Source: Felis catus
Taxonomy: Eukaryota
Direction: 5' to 3'
Assembly (NCBI RefSeq): GCF_018350175.1
Contig: NC_058368.1
Span: 66,280,001-66,344,000, forward strand
Length of the DNA stretch: 64,000 nt
The first letter of the stretch is position 1. Each line of letters starts with the position of its first letter. A model generated the notes under the pieces. That model was given only the letters and a program-made list of their open reading frames with translations, made no database searches and was not told the origin of the DNA. Shown here in pieces: positions 1 through 13,339 of this stretch. The position numbers and the translations under genes were made by a program.

Positions 1-594
1 ACTAAGTTGCTGATGAAATGCATTGCAAATATGTTAGTTTCAGGGTGGTTAGGAAAATTAACTGCTGCATATTTTCCATATTGTCATATATGCCAACGAG
101 CTGAGAGAGTCGGGAGCAGCTTTCTCGGAAAGCTGTCTCAATGTAACATACGGTCAGCTAGTCACCTGGTGAGAACAGGAGACCAAAGCGTTAGGGGAAT
201 CCCCTGAACCCATTTTTTTTAATCAGTCTTATCAGCCCCAAATCATTGGATCTATAAAATTTCCCTTACTATTGAACTTTTCATTGTGCTTACTCTTTAG
301 TTTTCTATCCTATCAATTTGGATAGGGCCCCCACCACCCTGCTTCCCAGTGTGGGCCCCTAGCGATAAACTATGATGAAGCATCACCAGACCTCAGATTA
401 CTCTTGGAAGAGATCCCCAATAAATCCCCAGCCACTATGACAGTCATATAAAGAAGAGAATCAAAGGGATAGCTAGGTGAGCGAAGATAAGTTTGGAAAC
501 CAGTGTTTCCTAAAGTTTGTACTATCGTATACTGGACAAAGACCCGTTCTTATTTGTATTGGTATTGCTTATATTAGCAGACATTTTATAAAGC

Positions 595-795
595 TTTAAC
601 AATTTAAAAAAACCATTCAGTTTCATTATTTCATCTGACGCTCAGAACAGCCCTCTGAAGAAAGGAGGAAGTTATTGTTTAAATTTTACACACAAAAACA
701 AAAGCTGATAGAGATTGGGTGATTTGTTCAAGATTGCCCAGCTATTGAGTAATGGAATTAGAATTTGAAACCAGATCTCCTCACTCCAAGCCCGT
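595..795 (-). mobile_element. MIR (ancient SINE) fragment
   Basis: Matches the reverse MIR core: ...gggtgatttgttcaagattgcccagcta...agaatttgaaaccagatctcctcactccaagccc. Confidence 0.65.
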
Positions 796-1649
796 CACAG
801 AAACCATGCTTTGGTTAGAATACAGGTATATAAGAGCACTAAACTCACCTAAAACATACAGGGGCAGTAACCTGCCAAACATTTCAAACATGACAACATT
901 TGATAAGTTCAATAGCAGAATTCATGATTGACATCTCTAAATGATTTTAGAGCAAGGATAGCAAATAAGTTGCTGTTTGCATCCCAGTTTAGAAAAGGGT
1001 ACAGTGATGGATTAGCAATGTCTGCCGTGGGCACAGGAAATGGTTGGTTCCAGCACACATACTGGCTGTTCTTATGCTGAAGATTCAATCACTTTGTAAA
1101 ATACATTTTGGTTTTATAATGAAAACCAACATAGACCCATAAATCGACAAGTTTTTGTTAAGCATCAATAAAACACCATAGATTTTAATTTTCTGATACT
1201 GACTTTGAACACTCCACAGATTTGAAAAGGTGCAAATCATACAATCAAAAGAATCCATTTTTGTGAAACTTATGGCATCCTTTGAAAGGAATATCAAGGA
1301 ACCATATATAGATGTGGAAAGAGCTATAACAGAATTCCTATATATATTCAGAGCACTGTATTTTCTTACATTCATTTCTACCATGTGGAAATATTTTACT
1401 GTAGAGTCAATCAGAGTCCAAATGGGTTAAATATTTTGAATTACTGATGAATTTGCTAATCTAAAATTTTGTTCACATGAATGTCTTTAGTTGTTATCTT
1501 AATGGTACAATTGTTGTGACTTTAGCTATGATAAAAATGGACAAGAAGTCAATAATAAAGGCCCCTAAAATATGCTTTGTTCCTAATAGAAGTAGAAAAA
1601 AATAAAGCTATAGACTTGCAGTTTCCTGGAGATTTGATAACAAATTCTA

Positions 1650-1860
1650 TGTACAAGAAATGATGGGAAGCTTGGAGTTTCCTTCAAAATAATCTGGGAA
1701 TAAGGGTGTGGGGATGGAGTGGGGAGGGGAGGAGAAGATAGTAAATGAAAAGGGGTTGATCATGAATTAATAATTGATGAAGTTGCCTGATAGGTACATG
1801 AGGGTTCATTATACTTTTTCTCTTTACTTTTATTTGTATGAAATTTTCATTAAAAAGTGG
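1650..1860 (+). mobile_element. Old L1 (L1MC/L1MD-like) 3' end
   Basis: ttcaaaataatctgg...ataattgatgaagttgcctgataggtacatgagggttcattatac...aaattttcattaaaaa resembles an ancient L1 3' UTR terminus. Confidence 0.65.
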
Positions 1861-1883
1861 TTTTTACTCCCTCTTAATGATGC

Positions 1884-3474
1884 TTCCTTTGTTGAAGACA
1901 ATTGACCATATAGTTGACCATATAATCATGGGTTTATTTCTGTGCTCTCTATTCTGTTCTGTTAATCTATGTGTCTGTTTTTGTGCCAGTACCATACTGT
2001 TTTGATTACTACAGCTTTGTAGTGGGATTGTCATATCTCTGGTTTTGTTCTTCTTTTTCAAGATTGCTTTTTTCTGTTTGGGGTCTTTTGTTGTTCCATA
2101 CAAATTTTAGGATTATTTGTTCTAGTTCTATGAAAATTGCTGTTGGTATTTTTATAGGGATTACATTAAATCTGTAGATTGCTGAGTAGTATGAGCATTT
2201 ATATTTGTTCTCCTGGCCCATGAACATAGAATGTCTTTCCATTTGTTTGTGTCATTTTCAACTTCTCTCATCGTTGTTTCATAGTTTTCAGAGTAGAGGC
2301 CTTTCACCTTCTTGGTTAAGTTTATTCCTAGGTTCATTATTTTTGGTGCAATTGTAAATAGGATTGTTTTCTTAATTTCTCTTTCTGCTGCTTCATTATT
2401 AGTGTATAGAAATCTGGTAGATTCTTGTATGTTTGTTTTGTATTCTGTGACCTTGCTGAATTCATTTATCCCATCTAATAGTGTTTTGGTGGCATCTTTA
2501 GAGTTTTCTGTATATAGAATCATGTCTTCTGCAAATAGTGAAAGTTTTACTTCTTCCTTACAATTTTAGATGCCTTATATTTCTTTTTTTTCTTTATCTT
2601 GTCTGATTTCTGGGCTAGGATTTCCAGAATTGTGTTGGATAAAAGTGTTGAGAGTGAACATCCTTGTCTTCTTCCTGATCTTAGGGGGAAAGCTCTGTTT
2701 TTCACCATTGAGTATGATGTTATCTGTGGGGTTTTCGTATATGGTCTTTATTATGTTGAGGTATGTTCCCTCTAAACCTACTTTTGTTGAGGATTTTTAT
2801 CAGGAATGGATGTTGTACTTTGCCAAATGCTTTCTCAGCATCTATTGAAATGTTCATATGGTTGTTATCCTTTCACTTGTTGATGGGTTGATCATGGTGA
2901 TTGATTTGGGAATATTGAACTATTCTTTTATCCCTGGAATAAATCCCACTTGATGGTGGTGAAAGATTTTTTTCATGTATTTTTGGATTCATTTGCTAGT
3001 ATTTTGTTGGGGATTTTTGCATCTAGGTTCATCAGAGTTATTGACTTGTGATTCTCTTTTTTTGTAGTGTCTTTATCTGGTTTTGATATCAGGGTAAAGC
3101 TGGCCTCATCGAATGAATTTGGAAGCTTTCCTTCCTCTTTTATTTTTTGGAAAAGTTTGAGGAAAAAGAGGTATTAACTCTTCTTTAAATGTTTGGTAGA
3201 ATCCACCTGTGAAGTCGTCTCGTCCTGGACTTTTGTTTCTTGGGAGTTTTTTCATTATTGATTCAATTTCATTGCTGGTAACCAGTTTGTTCAAATGTTC
3301 TACTTCTTCCTGCTTTGGTTTTGGGAGGTTATATGCTTCTAGGATTTTATACATTTTTTCTAGCTTGTCCAGTTTGTTGGCAAAGAACCTTTGATAATAT
3401 TTTCTTATAATCTTTTGTATTTCTGTAATGTTATTTGTTCTTTCTCCTCTTTCATTTCGAATTTTGTTCACTTG

Positions 3475-3527
<53 letters not shown>

Positions 3528-4417
3528 AATGAGTCTGGATAAAGGTTCATCAATTTTGTTGATCTTTTCAAGGAACTAGCTCTTGGTTTCACTGATCTGT
3601 CTACTCCTTTTTAGTATCCATTTCATTTATTTGTGCCCTAATTTTTATTTCCTTCTTTCTCCTGGTTTGAGGTTTTGTTTTTTGCCCTTTTTCTGACTCC
3701 TTTAGGTGTAAAGTTAGGTTGCTTTTTTGAGATTTTTCTTACTTCTTGAGCTAGGCCTGCATTCTATAAACTTCCCTTTTAGCACAGCTTTTGATGGATC
3801 CCAAAGGTTTGGGATCATTGTATTTTCATTGTTATTTGCATCTGTGTATTTTTTATTTCCTCTTTAATTTCTTGGTTGACCGTTCATTGCTTATTAGCAC
3901 ATTATTTAACCTCCATATATTTGTGTTCTTTCTAGGTTTTTTCTTGTTGTTGATTTCTAGTTTCATTACATTGTGGTCAAAAAAGATGCATGGTATGACT
4001 TCAGTCTTTTGAATGTGTTGAGATGTTTTTTGTGTACTAATATGTGATCTATTCTGGAGAATGCTCCATGTGCACTTGAAAAAAATGTGTACTCCACTGT
4101 TTTAGAATGGAATATTATGGACATATCTGTTACATTCATCTTGTCCAATGTGTCATTCAAAGCCATTGTTTCCTTGTTGATTTTCTGATTGGATTATCTA
4201 TCCATTGATGTAAGTGGGGTGTTAAAGTCCCCCCACTATTGTTGCATTACTATTGGTTACTTCCTTTATGCTCGTTAATAGCTGCTTAATGTATTTGGGT
4301 GCTTTCATGTTAAGTGCATAAACATTTACAATTGTCATATATTCCTGTTGGATTATCCCTGTATTATAGTATTCTTCTTTGTCTCTTGTTAGTCCTTGTT
4401 TTGAAGTCTATTTTGTT
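1884..4417 (-). mobile_element. LINE-1 ORF2 (endonuclease/RT) segment; inverted 5' part of a twin-primed insertion, degraded
   Basis: Minus-strand ORF fragments with L1 ORF2 peptides: [16 protein letters not shown]...INEFSKV, KLPRNKSPGRDDFTGGFYQTFKEEL, EYTFFSSAHGAFSRIDHIL. Many stops and frameshifts. Confidence 0.93.
3479..3527. repeat. (CT)n microsatellite inside the L1
   Basis: About 20 consecutive CT units. Confidence 0.95.
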
Positions 4418-4430
4418 CATAGATTATATA

Positions 4431-5811
4431 AAACCCACCATCATATGGTCAATTAGTCTTCAACAAAGTAGGCAATACTATGCATTGGGAAAAAGGTAGT
4501 CTCTTTAACAGTGTTGGGAAAACTGAAAAGCTATGTACAAAAAAGTGAAAACTGACCACATTCTTACACCATATGCAAAAATAAATTCCATATGGATTAA
4601 AGACCTAAATGTGAAATTTAAAACCATAAAAATCCTAGAAAGGAGCACAGGCAATCATTTCTCTGACATCAGCCATAGCATCATTTTTCTAGATATGTCT
4701 CTTGAGGCAAGGGAAACAAAAGCAAAAGTGAACTATTGGGAATACATCAAATTAAAAGCTTCTGCACAGCAAAGGAAACAATCAACAAAACTAAACTGTT
4801 GGGAATACGTCAAAATTAAAAGCTTCTGCACAGCAAAGGAAATAATCAACACAACTAAAAGACATACTGAATGGGAGAAGATATTTGCAAATGACTTATC
4901 CAATAAGGGGTTTATATCCAAAATATATGAAGAATTTATGCAACTCAACATCTAAACACAAATAATCCAATTAAAAAATGGGCAGAAGACATGAACAGAC
5001 ATTTCTCCAAAGACAACATATAGCCAATAAATACATGAAAAGATGTTCAACATCACCCATCATCAAAGAAATGCAAATCAAAACTACAATGAGATACCAC
5101 CTCACCCCTGTCAGAATGGCTAAAATCGAAAACACAAGAAACAAGTATTGTCAAGGATGTAGAGAAAAAGGAATACTCATGCACTGTTGGTAGGAATGTA
5201 AATTGATGAAACCACTGTGGAAAACAATATGGAGGTTGTGCAAAAAATTAAAAATAGAATGACCATATGATCCAGTAATTCCACTTCTGGGTATTTACCC
5301 AAAGAATACAAAAACACTAATTTGAAAAGATATATTCACCCCCATATTTATTGCAGCATTATTCACAATCGCCAAATTATGTAAGCAGCCCAAGTGTCCA
5401 TTGATAGAAGAATGGGTAAAGATGTGGTGTATATATAATGGAATGTTACTCAGCCATAAAAAAGAATGAAACCTTGCCATTTACAATTACATGGATGGAG
5501 CTGGAGGGTATTATGCTAAGTGAAATAAGTCAGAGAAAACAAAGACCATATGATTTCACTCAAATGTGGAATTTAAGAAATAGGATAAATGAACAAAGAA
5601 AAAAGAAACAAAAACAGAAACTCTTACATTCAAACTGGTGGTTACCAGAGGGGAAGTTGTTTGGAGGATGGGTGAAATAGGTGATGATGATTAGGAATAC
5701 ACTTAACGTCGTGATCACTGGGTAATGTACAAGATTGTTGAATCGATATATTGTACACCTAAAACGAATACAGCTGTATATTAATTATACTGGAATTAAA
5801 ATTTTTTAAAT
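4431..5811 (+). mobile_element. LINE-1 ORF2 C-terminus and 3' UTR; sense part of the same insertion
   Basis: Peptides [59 protein letters not shown], then a carnivore-type 3' UTR with a decayed A/T tail. Flanking direct repeats at 1868-1883 and 5812-5827. Confidence 0.93.
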
Positions 5812-8800
5812 TCCCTCTTAAAGATGCAGTCACCATCTGAAGTTTCAGAAGTAGAGGTACGTATTTGATACTGCCAGAGAAGGAAAAGGGAAAGATATTC
5901 AAAGCCATGATGAGTAAATGCTGGTAGGGGAATTGCCTGGTCAAGAAGCGTACTACTTGGGCAAATTAGGACAAAGGGAAAAAATCAGAGATAAGAGTCG
6001 CTGCTTTTGTTTTTTTTTTCTTTTTTTTTTTGGCCACCAATTGTCTCATGGGTGTAAATTTATCATTAATTTGGTGTAGCAGGCTCTTCAGAGGCTATAA
6101 TTTCTCATCTGTTTCCTGCTGCAGAACCTATCGGCTATGCCTGTATCCAGGTCTCCATCCCAGCTGTGAAACATTAATCTCAGGCACACATTCTTCCATT
6201 GCTGGCCTGGCGGATTCATGCTGTCTAGTTAGTTCCCCAGCAGGCTCCCGGCTCTGCTCCTGATGCTCTCCTGGCACCACTAACAACTTGAAGTCCTGTC
6301 ATTCTGGAGATAGGACTGCTGCAGTGCTCCTTGGGTGGGCCTCAGTGTCCTGTACTTATTTCTACTCACTTTCCTCAACTTGGGAAGGATTTGTCACCAG
6401 GGTGTCTGGGAATCAAAGCTCTCTTGAGACTTTGTTATATTAAACCTTGGACTTGAAACAGGGCTGTCCATCATGTTATTTTTTGTGACTGTATCCTTCA
6501 TAGGTTCTTTGCAGAACTCTCCATACTCACCGCGAAATGGCTTATAAATTACGGTGCTTCATAGGAAGATAGTTCTGCAATTAGGTCATGCATAAATGCC
6601 CAACTACCTGGTTCTTATTTGTCTGTTCTTAGGATAGTCCACATGTTTATTTTATTGTGAGTAAGAAATAAAAAGGGATTTTTATCATGTGACTCTTGCT
6701 AGTTAAACCTCAGCTAAATTAGTAGGAGACTATGCACATCAGATAACTGAGATTTTGTTGCTGAAATTGAAGAGAAAACAAGACATGCTGTGAGTGGTGG
6801 GAAATCACCTCTCCCTGCTCCTCACCACCAAAAAACAAACAAATTAAAAGACAACAGAAAAACTCCCGATATTGTAAATTGCCTTTGGTATTAACCATCG
6901 GGGATAACTTAATGTGTTTATAAGATCAGTGATTGAATTTAAAGAGATCAAAATGTGTGGGTTTTCTTTTTCCCCAGAACACATCACATAGCTGAGTCTA
7001 AAAGCCATAAATGATAAGGCAAGGAAGTGTACATGGACAGGGACGAGAGTAGAAAAGCAATTAAATTTGATAGAAACAGGGCTCAAGTATGTGACATGCT
7101 CTCTGCTGATCCCAAGACTGCCATTTCCAGTGAAAGACCGCGAGGGTTTTTCAGGGACAGTGGCTGAGAAAAGGGCACCCAGAATAAAAGAAAAAAACAA
7201 CCCTAACAAAATGAGCTTTCCCCCGGGGAAACTTTGATCATGTTTAGTCTGGTGTCAGGAATGATGAGAGGCCCTCAAGCCCAAAGGAATTCAGCAAATC
7301 TTTCTGCCTAAGCTGGAGAAACTCTACTTTATTCTGTGAATCTGCAGAGGCCTACAGACACTGTATGTATGAAATAATGTGTTATATCTGCACACAGTGT
7401 ATATACAACATATAATCTCTTCAACACTTACAGAAAATTGCTTTCTGATGCTCGTAAATGGGAAGGGTTACAAGAGATAAGAGGGTGGTCTGTGTTCCCA
7501 AGGCAGCCATTGGGAAAAGAAGGAGGTTATTTTAAATGATTGCAAGTGACTATCTTCCTAAATTGTATATTGTGCTCTGTTCTCCAGTTGATTCTTTGCA
7601 ACTTTGATAGTGAAAGGCAACACCAGCACATACAACCGCCCTGTAATGATACTGCATTTATCTCCATTTTTTAAAATTTAGTAAGGAAGAAGTTTCATGA
7701 ATAGAAACAAAACTATCATGATGCCAAAATAGTACTCTGTGCACCCATGTAATTGGGAAAATAACAGAATAAGGAAGGCTCTTTGCTCTTTAAGCACGTA
7801 GAAGTATTTGGGAGCTGCCTTGTTCCCAAGATGAGTCTGTGCTCCTGGTGGGAACTGCCGACTGGGTGGGTGTATTTTAGATCATAGAAAACTTCTCTTA
7901 TGCATCCAGAGTCATGGGACTCTTCTTACATTCTGTTAGTCATTTTCATAATCCAAACTTCACTCCAAACAGAAACGCAAGATTATCTCCGGACTTGCAA
8001 TGATAGCAAAAGGCTATCTTACTCTTTATGTACTGCATTTGATCAACATGTGTCATTAATCTCTCCTTCCTGCTTGGTGGCAGTAATTGATGGAACGCTT
8101 TTTCAGTTCTTTCTTCAATTAGATTGATGTATGTGCATTCCTTGAATTTTAAAGGTCATTAATTTTCACATTAGTCTCTTTGGTTGGAAGCATACAGATT
8201 GATATATTGATGATTTAGTCTTTCATTGATTCTATATCATCTTTAGCACCATGAGTCATGAGTGGTGCTTCCTTCTCAGCCATGACACAGTGAGTGAAAA
8301 TGTATTGATATTTGCAGAGAAATAAGGAACCTAGCTTCTGTCCCTTATATAGCATTTTAATGTCCCTGGATGAAAATAATTACAAAATGTATTCAGTCAT
8401 ATACTTACAGTGTCTCTGGCATGGGATGACCTTTCTCCCTGAGCTGTAGGTAATATCTATAGCATCTAACAATTTCAGCCTCGTGACCTTCCATTTGTGT
8501 CAATGCTTCAAAGTTAAGGGCTTCCTGAAGTTATTTCAAAATATTTCATTAAAGAAGTAAGTTTCCCTGGCCATCTGAATTGAGAATTATTACCCACACC
8601 TTTGATATATCACCCCATGTTGAATTATTCAGTGTCGGTCAAAGTAATGGTGAACTTTTTACAGATGTGATGTTCCAAAGATAACCTAGCATTTTATTTC
8701 ATCTCCTTCCACAGAATAGACCACACACATCGTGTTTGTGCCACAGACATACCTAATGTAATGGCGATAGTGAACTAATAAAAGTTTAATCATGAGAAAC

Positions 8801-9537
8801 AGTTGATTGATGCCTTTGGCCACGTGAGAATGATTGGAAATAGCTGAAACATAAACTAAGGAAAAACTATATTACAATAAGCCAGTGATTATTTTATTGG
8901 AGAAAAAGTGTAATTCAAATCTTTTAAAAAAAAAATCTTTTCTGGTGAAGAAACTACAAAAGCCTTAGCTCAAGGTTTAGAATGAAATAGAATGTAGTCA
9001 AATGTGTAATACGATCATCACAGATTCCAAACAGCTCCTTGGTCATCTTCAGGATGCTATTAAGTCATTTTAACCTTTCCGGACCTCAGTCTTCTCATGT
9101 ACAGCATGAAGTTATACTAAGTCATCAGAAAGTTCCTTGTGCTCTAAATGCTTATATGTAAAAACATATTAGAAAGTCATGCAGAAGATTCAAAAAGCAA
9201 CTGAAACAAAGAAGTGTTGTCAAAAGATTTAACATCAATGTTCATCAGTCTTTGAGGAGCATAACTAAAGAGTCGCAAGTCATTTGAAAATCCAGTGGTG
9301 TGCAAAGCAGGATAGTAAATGTCACCAATTCAAGTCAGGAATTATTTTCTTAAGCAGTTGATGGTAGTCTAGCCATGTCCAGGCTGGGAAATAGGGAAGC
9401 AACTGGTCCATTTTAGTGTAAAACGAAGGCTCATTGGGAGCTTATAATGTAGCAGAGGGAAAGGACTTATAATCCAAGAACTTAATAACCAAAGCTTGTT
9501 TCTGTGCTCAGACCAGGACATGCAGATTTCTCTGCTT

Positions 9538-9578
<41 letters not shown>
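9538..9578. repeat. (TTG)n microsatellite
   Basis: About 13 TTG units. Confidence 0.95.
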
Positions 9579-9579
<1 letters not shown>

Positions 9580-10207
9580 TAATTTTGGGGTCATCAAAAA
9601 TATTGACCCCTTCTATCATACCCTTAAATTTGTAAGCCATCTCAAATCCCACTTGGAAGCAGAGTTCTATTCCAAAGTGAACAACATCCCATATACAATC
9701 AAGTGCAAAGTGTGCTGCTCTGGAAATACACAGGGTGAGATCAGAGACGAGAAATACAGAGGGTGAGATCAGAGATGAGAAGCATATGTGGAGGGATTTG
9801 AGGGATATTTTGGCAACTGGTGCTCTTGAAATGCCCTCCTCGGTTTCAGCAGCCCTCCATGGTCACCTCTTTTCTCTCTAAATTATTTCCCCCTTTCTCC
9901 TTTCTTTTCTTATCTGAGCGACTCCATGCTTAAGCCCCTGCTCTCTTCCTTCTACAGTCACCTCCTCTGAGAACGCATTAATCCTCATAGCTCCCACCAT
10001 CTCTGCCAGTCTGAGCACTGGCAGCAGCGGAGCAGAGAGGTTAGGAGGCGTCAGGACAAAAGTCTCATTAACGGGGAGGGATCTGCAGACTCAACAGAGC
10101 CAGGCAGAAAGCCGATCAGGTGAGACTTGGGCATCAGTCTATACTGGAAAGAAGACATGAGGGGAGGCCAGCTGGTCCAGGCAGGGGAGGAAAGTGTTCG
10201 CCCCTAG

Positions 10208-10354
10208 AGCCATGCCTCTCGAAGTGTGGACCAGCAGCACTCACACCACTTGGGAATTTGGTAGAAATGCAGAATCTCAGGCCCTCCCCTACACCTTCTG
10301 GATCAGAACCTGCAAGTGATTAGTAAACACACATGGAAGTTTGAGAAGCACTGG
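10208..10354. mobile_element. MER5A-like hAT-Charlie non-autonomous DNA transposon
   Basis: ctcgaagtgtggaccagcagc...gtagaaatgcagaatctcaggccc...gaagtttgagaagcactgg. Confidence 0.8.
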
Positions 10355-12179
10355 CCAAAAACAAAGTGAAAGGAAAAGAAAAGAGTCAGTAAAGACAGAG
10401 AGGAGAGGACTTGGCACCCATCAGCGTCTACCTCAAGTACTACATTTGATTTTTGGAGATCACATATAAAACTTAAAGTTTCCTTCCCACCCTCATGAGA
10501 GTTAGCAAAGCAAACATAGCCAAAAAGGAACAAATGTTGTGGAGGTTGGCCACATCGGGCAAGATTTAGTTCTTTCTATAGGCCAAGGGAGTCCGGCGGG
10601 AGCAGAAGAGCCTTGTCTTGGTGCAGTAGGCACTTGATTTTGAAAAGGGGGCTGCGGGTGGACCACGGAGGACTTTGAAAGCCAACTAAAGAGTTTCAGT
10701 GTTGTTCCTGGATACATAGACCTGTTGATTAAGAAGGAATCTAGTAAAATCGGTGATTTGGGAATAACCATCCTGGCGCCAGAAGCAGGAAGAGACCAAG
10801 CAAGGGGACGAAGCAGGGCAGGTGTGCATTTGTTTTGCTGATGTTGTCCCTACCTTTGTCAGTGTTTTTGCCGATGCATAGAGAAGCCTGTCTGTCCTCT
10901 CCTCCCATACCCATCACTGCCATCCTTCAAGGTCCCACTCAGGTGCCACCTTCCGTGGAACATTCCTCCAAGCCACATAACCCCATGTCAGCATGCTTAC
11001 CAAATCCTCCAGCCTGAGGATTCTATACAATTTAACCCCAAACATCTTAAAATAGACACTCATGAATTGGGTTGGGGGGGGGGGAGGGGTGCCTAGGAGG
11101 GCCATGCAGACCTAATTCGCATCTCCTCCTTAAATCCTTCCAGTGACAGAAATCTTGATGACTCACCAAGCCATCCATTACAGGTCAGGGAAGCTATAAT
11201 TGCTTAAAAAGTTCTTCTTTATATTGAGCTGAATTTCTTTTTTCCTTTGTGCCAATCACATACTAAAAAGCACTAGGATAGCACAGCTATCTGCCTTTCA
11301 TCTGTTTCTCTTTCACAGATTCTGTTGAGTCTGCAAGTTGAAAGTGTTTTAGGCTTTCTTTACTGATCTGAAAGAACTCAAGCATTCTCCTCGCGAGAAG
11401 AGCTCATTTCAACAGTTCCTTTTGACACACTCCGAGAGCTCAGGTAGACCCTTAACTGGCTGTGTTCTCTTTCTAGTTCAGATGTAGTTAGATTAGTTTA
11501 TGATTTTACAGCTCCAGTATCACCCTGGACTACAGAGAGTTTGGAGCAAGGATATCAGGGGTAGGTAACCTGGATGAAAAAAAAATCAACACATAATATA
11601 GGAGATCAGATACATGCAAAGGGCACTTACGAAACAAAATGTTTCTGGGCCAAAAGCACACAGAACAAGGCACTGAGTAGGCCCTGATCGATGTTATTTA
11701 CATCTGCAAAGAGCAGTAAATCTGTCAATCCAGTCCCTGCTTGCCTAGCTCGCATCTGAGATAAAACAGAAGTCTCAGGGGTACCTGTTAATTTAGCAGT
11801 GATTGTCCATGCTCTGTTTAGGGACAAAGGCACCTTGGTCAAAGACTCCCTGTCTGGTCCCAATGTCAGCTGTCTTTTAGAAATAATTAGAGCCTGACTC
11901 CCACAAATGTTCTATCAGACAACCAGCTCTCCCCCGGATTCCCTCAACAGCAAACAACCCTGCGTTGTACACCAAACAGTCTCCTGATCTGCAAGCTGAG
12001 GACCCTCAATACAGACGGACCGTCAATACAGTAACTCAACCGAGGCAAGGTCGAGTGGGAGGGCAGCCAGCTGGTTTCTCCCTGTGAACATCAGCTTCTG
12101 TCCACCTCTGACAGAGCTCTTCCATTCCATCTTCAGGTCCCAAATCGCAAAAGAAGTCACCAGAACCCAGTCAAATCAG

Positions 12180-12410
12180 TGTCCACTGTTGCGTGCTTAC
12201 AACATGGCAGAAACAGTGCTTCGTGCTACATAATACAGTATTATGTTCAGCACTGCAACAACTCTGATGAGAGAGGCTATTAACCCTCACTCTCCGATTT
12301 GAGAAACTAAGGCAATCGCAGGATAAGATAGGCTAACTGGAGACATAAGGAAGAGTGGAGGAGTGTGACTTCAACCCATCTGGACACGACCACAACACTA
12401 CACTCCTTAG
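12180..12410 (-). mobile_element. MIR fragment
   Basis: Reverse MIR motifs: gcttacaacatggcagaaacagtgct...gagaaactaaggca...gacttcaacccatctggac. Confidence 0.55.
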
Positions 12411-12503
12411 TGCTAAATACAAACATTAGGCAAAATAAGTAAATAAATAAACATTGCATAAGGCAGAGAATCCTCTCAAGTTATTGTGAAATATTTGTTG
12501 CCA

Positions 12504-12629
12504 GGGGCGCCTGGGTGGCTCATCTGGTTGAGCATCCAACTCTTGATTTCAGCTCCAGTCATGATCTCCTGGTTCATGGGATTGAACCCCGAGTCAGGCT
12601 CTGCACGCACAGTGTGGAGCCTGCTTGGG

Positions 12630-12685
<56 letters not shown>

Positions 12686-12710
12686 AAAATAAAGAAACAT
12701 GAAAAAAAGA
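12504..12710 (+). mobile_element. Can-SINE (SINEC)
   Basis: ggggcgcctgggtggctca head, long (CT)n, A-rich tail. Degenerate TSD (atttgttgcca / ttttgttgaca). Confidence 0.93.
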
Positions 12711-13339
12711 TTTTGTTGACAGTTGAGTGTATATTATAGTTGGTAACTGTTTGTTTTCTAGCACACATCTTTACCCACAGCATGAAACAATTGATGCAGG
12801 TGAGCCCCCCCACCCACAGGACTGACTACTTTTATTTTTCTGATTACTGAACAGCCCACTGGAGTAGACCAACATTTGGCTGGAATCAGAAGTGATTAGA
12901 ACTTACTTCTTGGGTTGTATTAAAAATGTGCTTATTTGGTACAGCTATTGTTTCGCCTTTCAGGTGAAATAAAACGAAGTGGTAAATAAGAATTCAAAAC
13001 TGAGTTGTCATGTGCTACTTTTTGTAATATAATCCACACCAAAAGGAGGCTTTATTAGGATTTTGGTCAGTTAAGAAGTGCATCAGGAATTGCAGATTTA
13101 AATATGATGTCAGCTGTTCTCCCCAGTAGCTATCTGTCTGCCTATCTATCTGTCTCTCTATCTGCCTGTTCCTCTGTCATCTTTTTTTCTCGAAAGATTT
13201 CGAGAGTATTCATGTTGCCTCTTCATCTCTACTGCCACTACATTAATATGGAAGTCTCTTCACGCAGCGAACATTTACAGACTGCCTGCCTTGTGCCAAA
13301 GACTATGGAAAGGATTGGGGACACAGTGTTGAACCATAG

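Noticed and set aside
1864..5680. Functional reverse transcriptase/endonuclease gene
   Set aside because: Fragmented by stops, frameshifts and an inversion; no ORF1 or promoter; a dead L1 copy.
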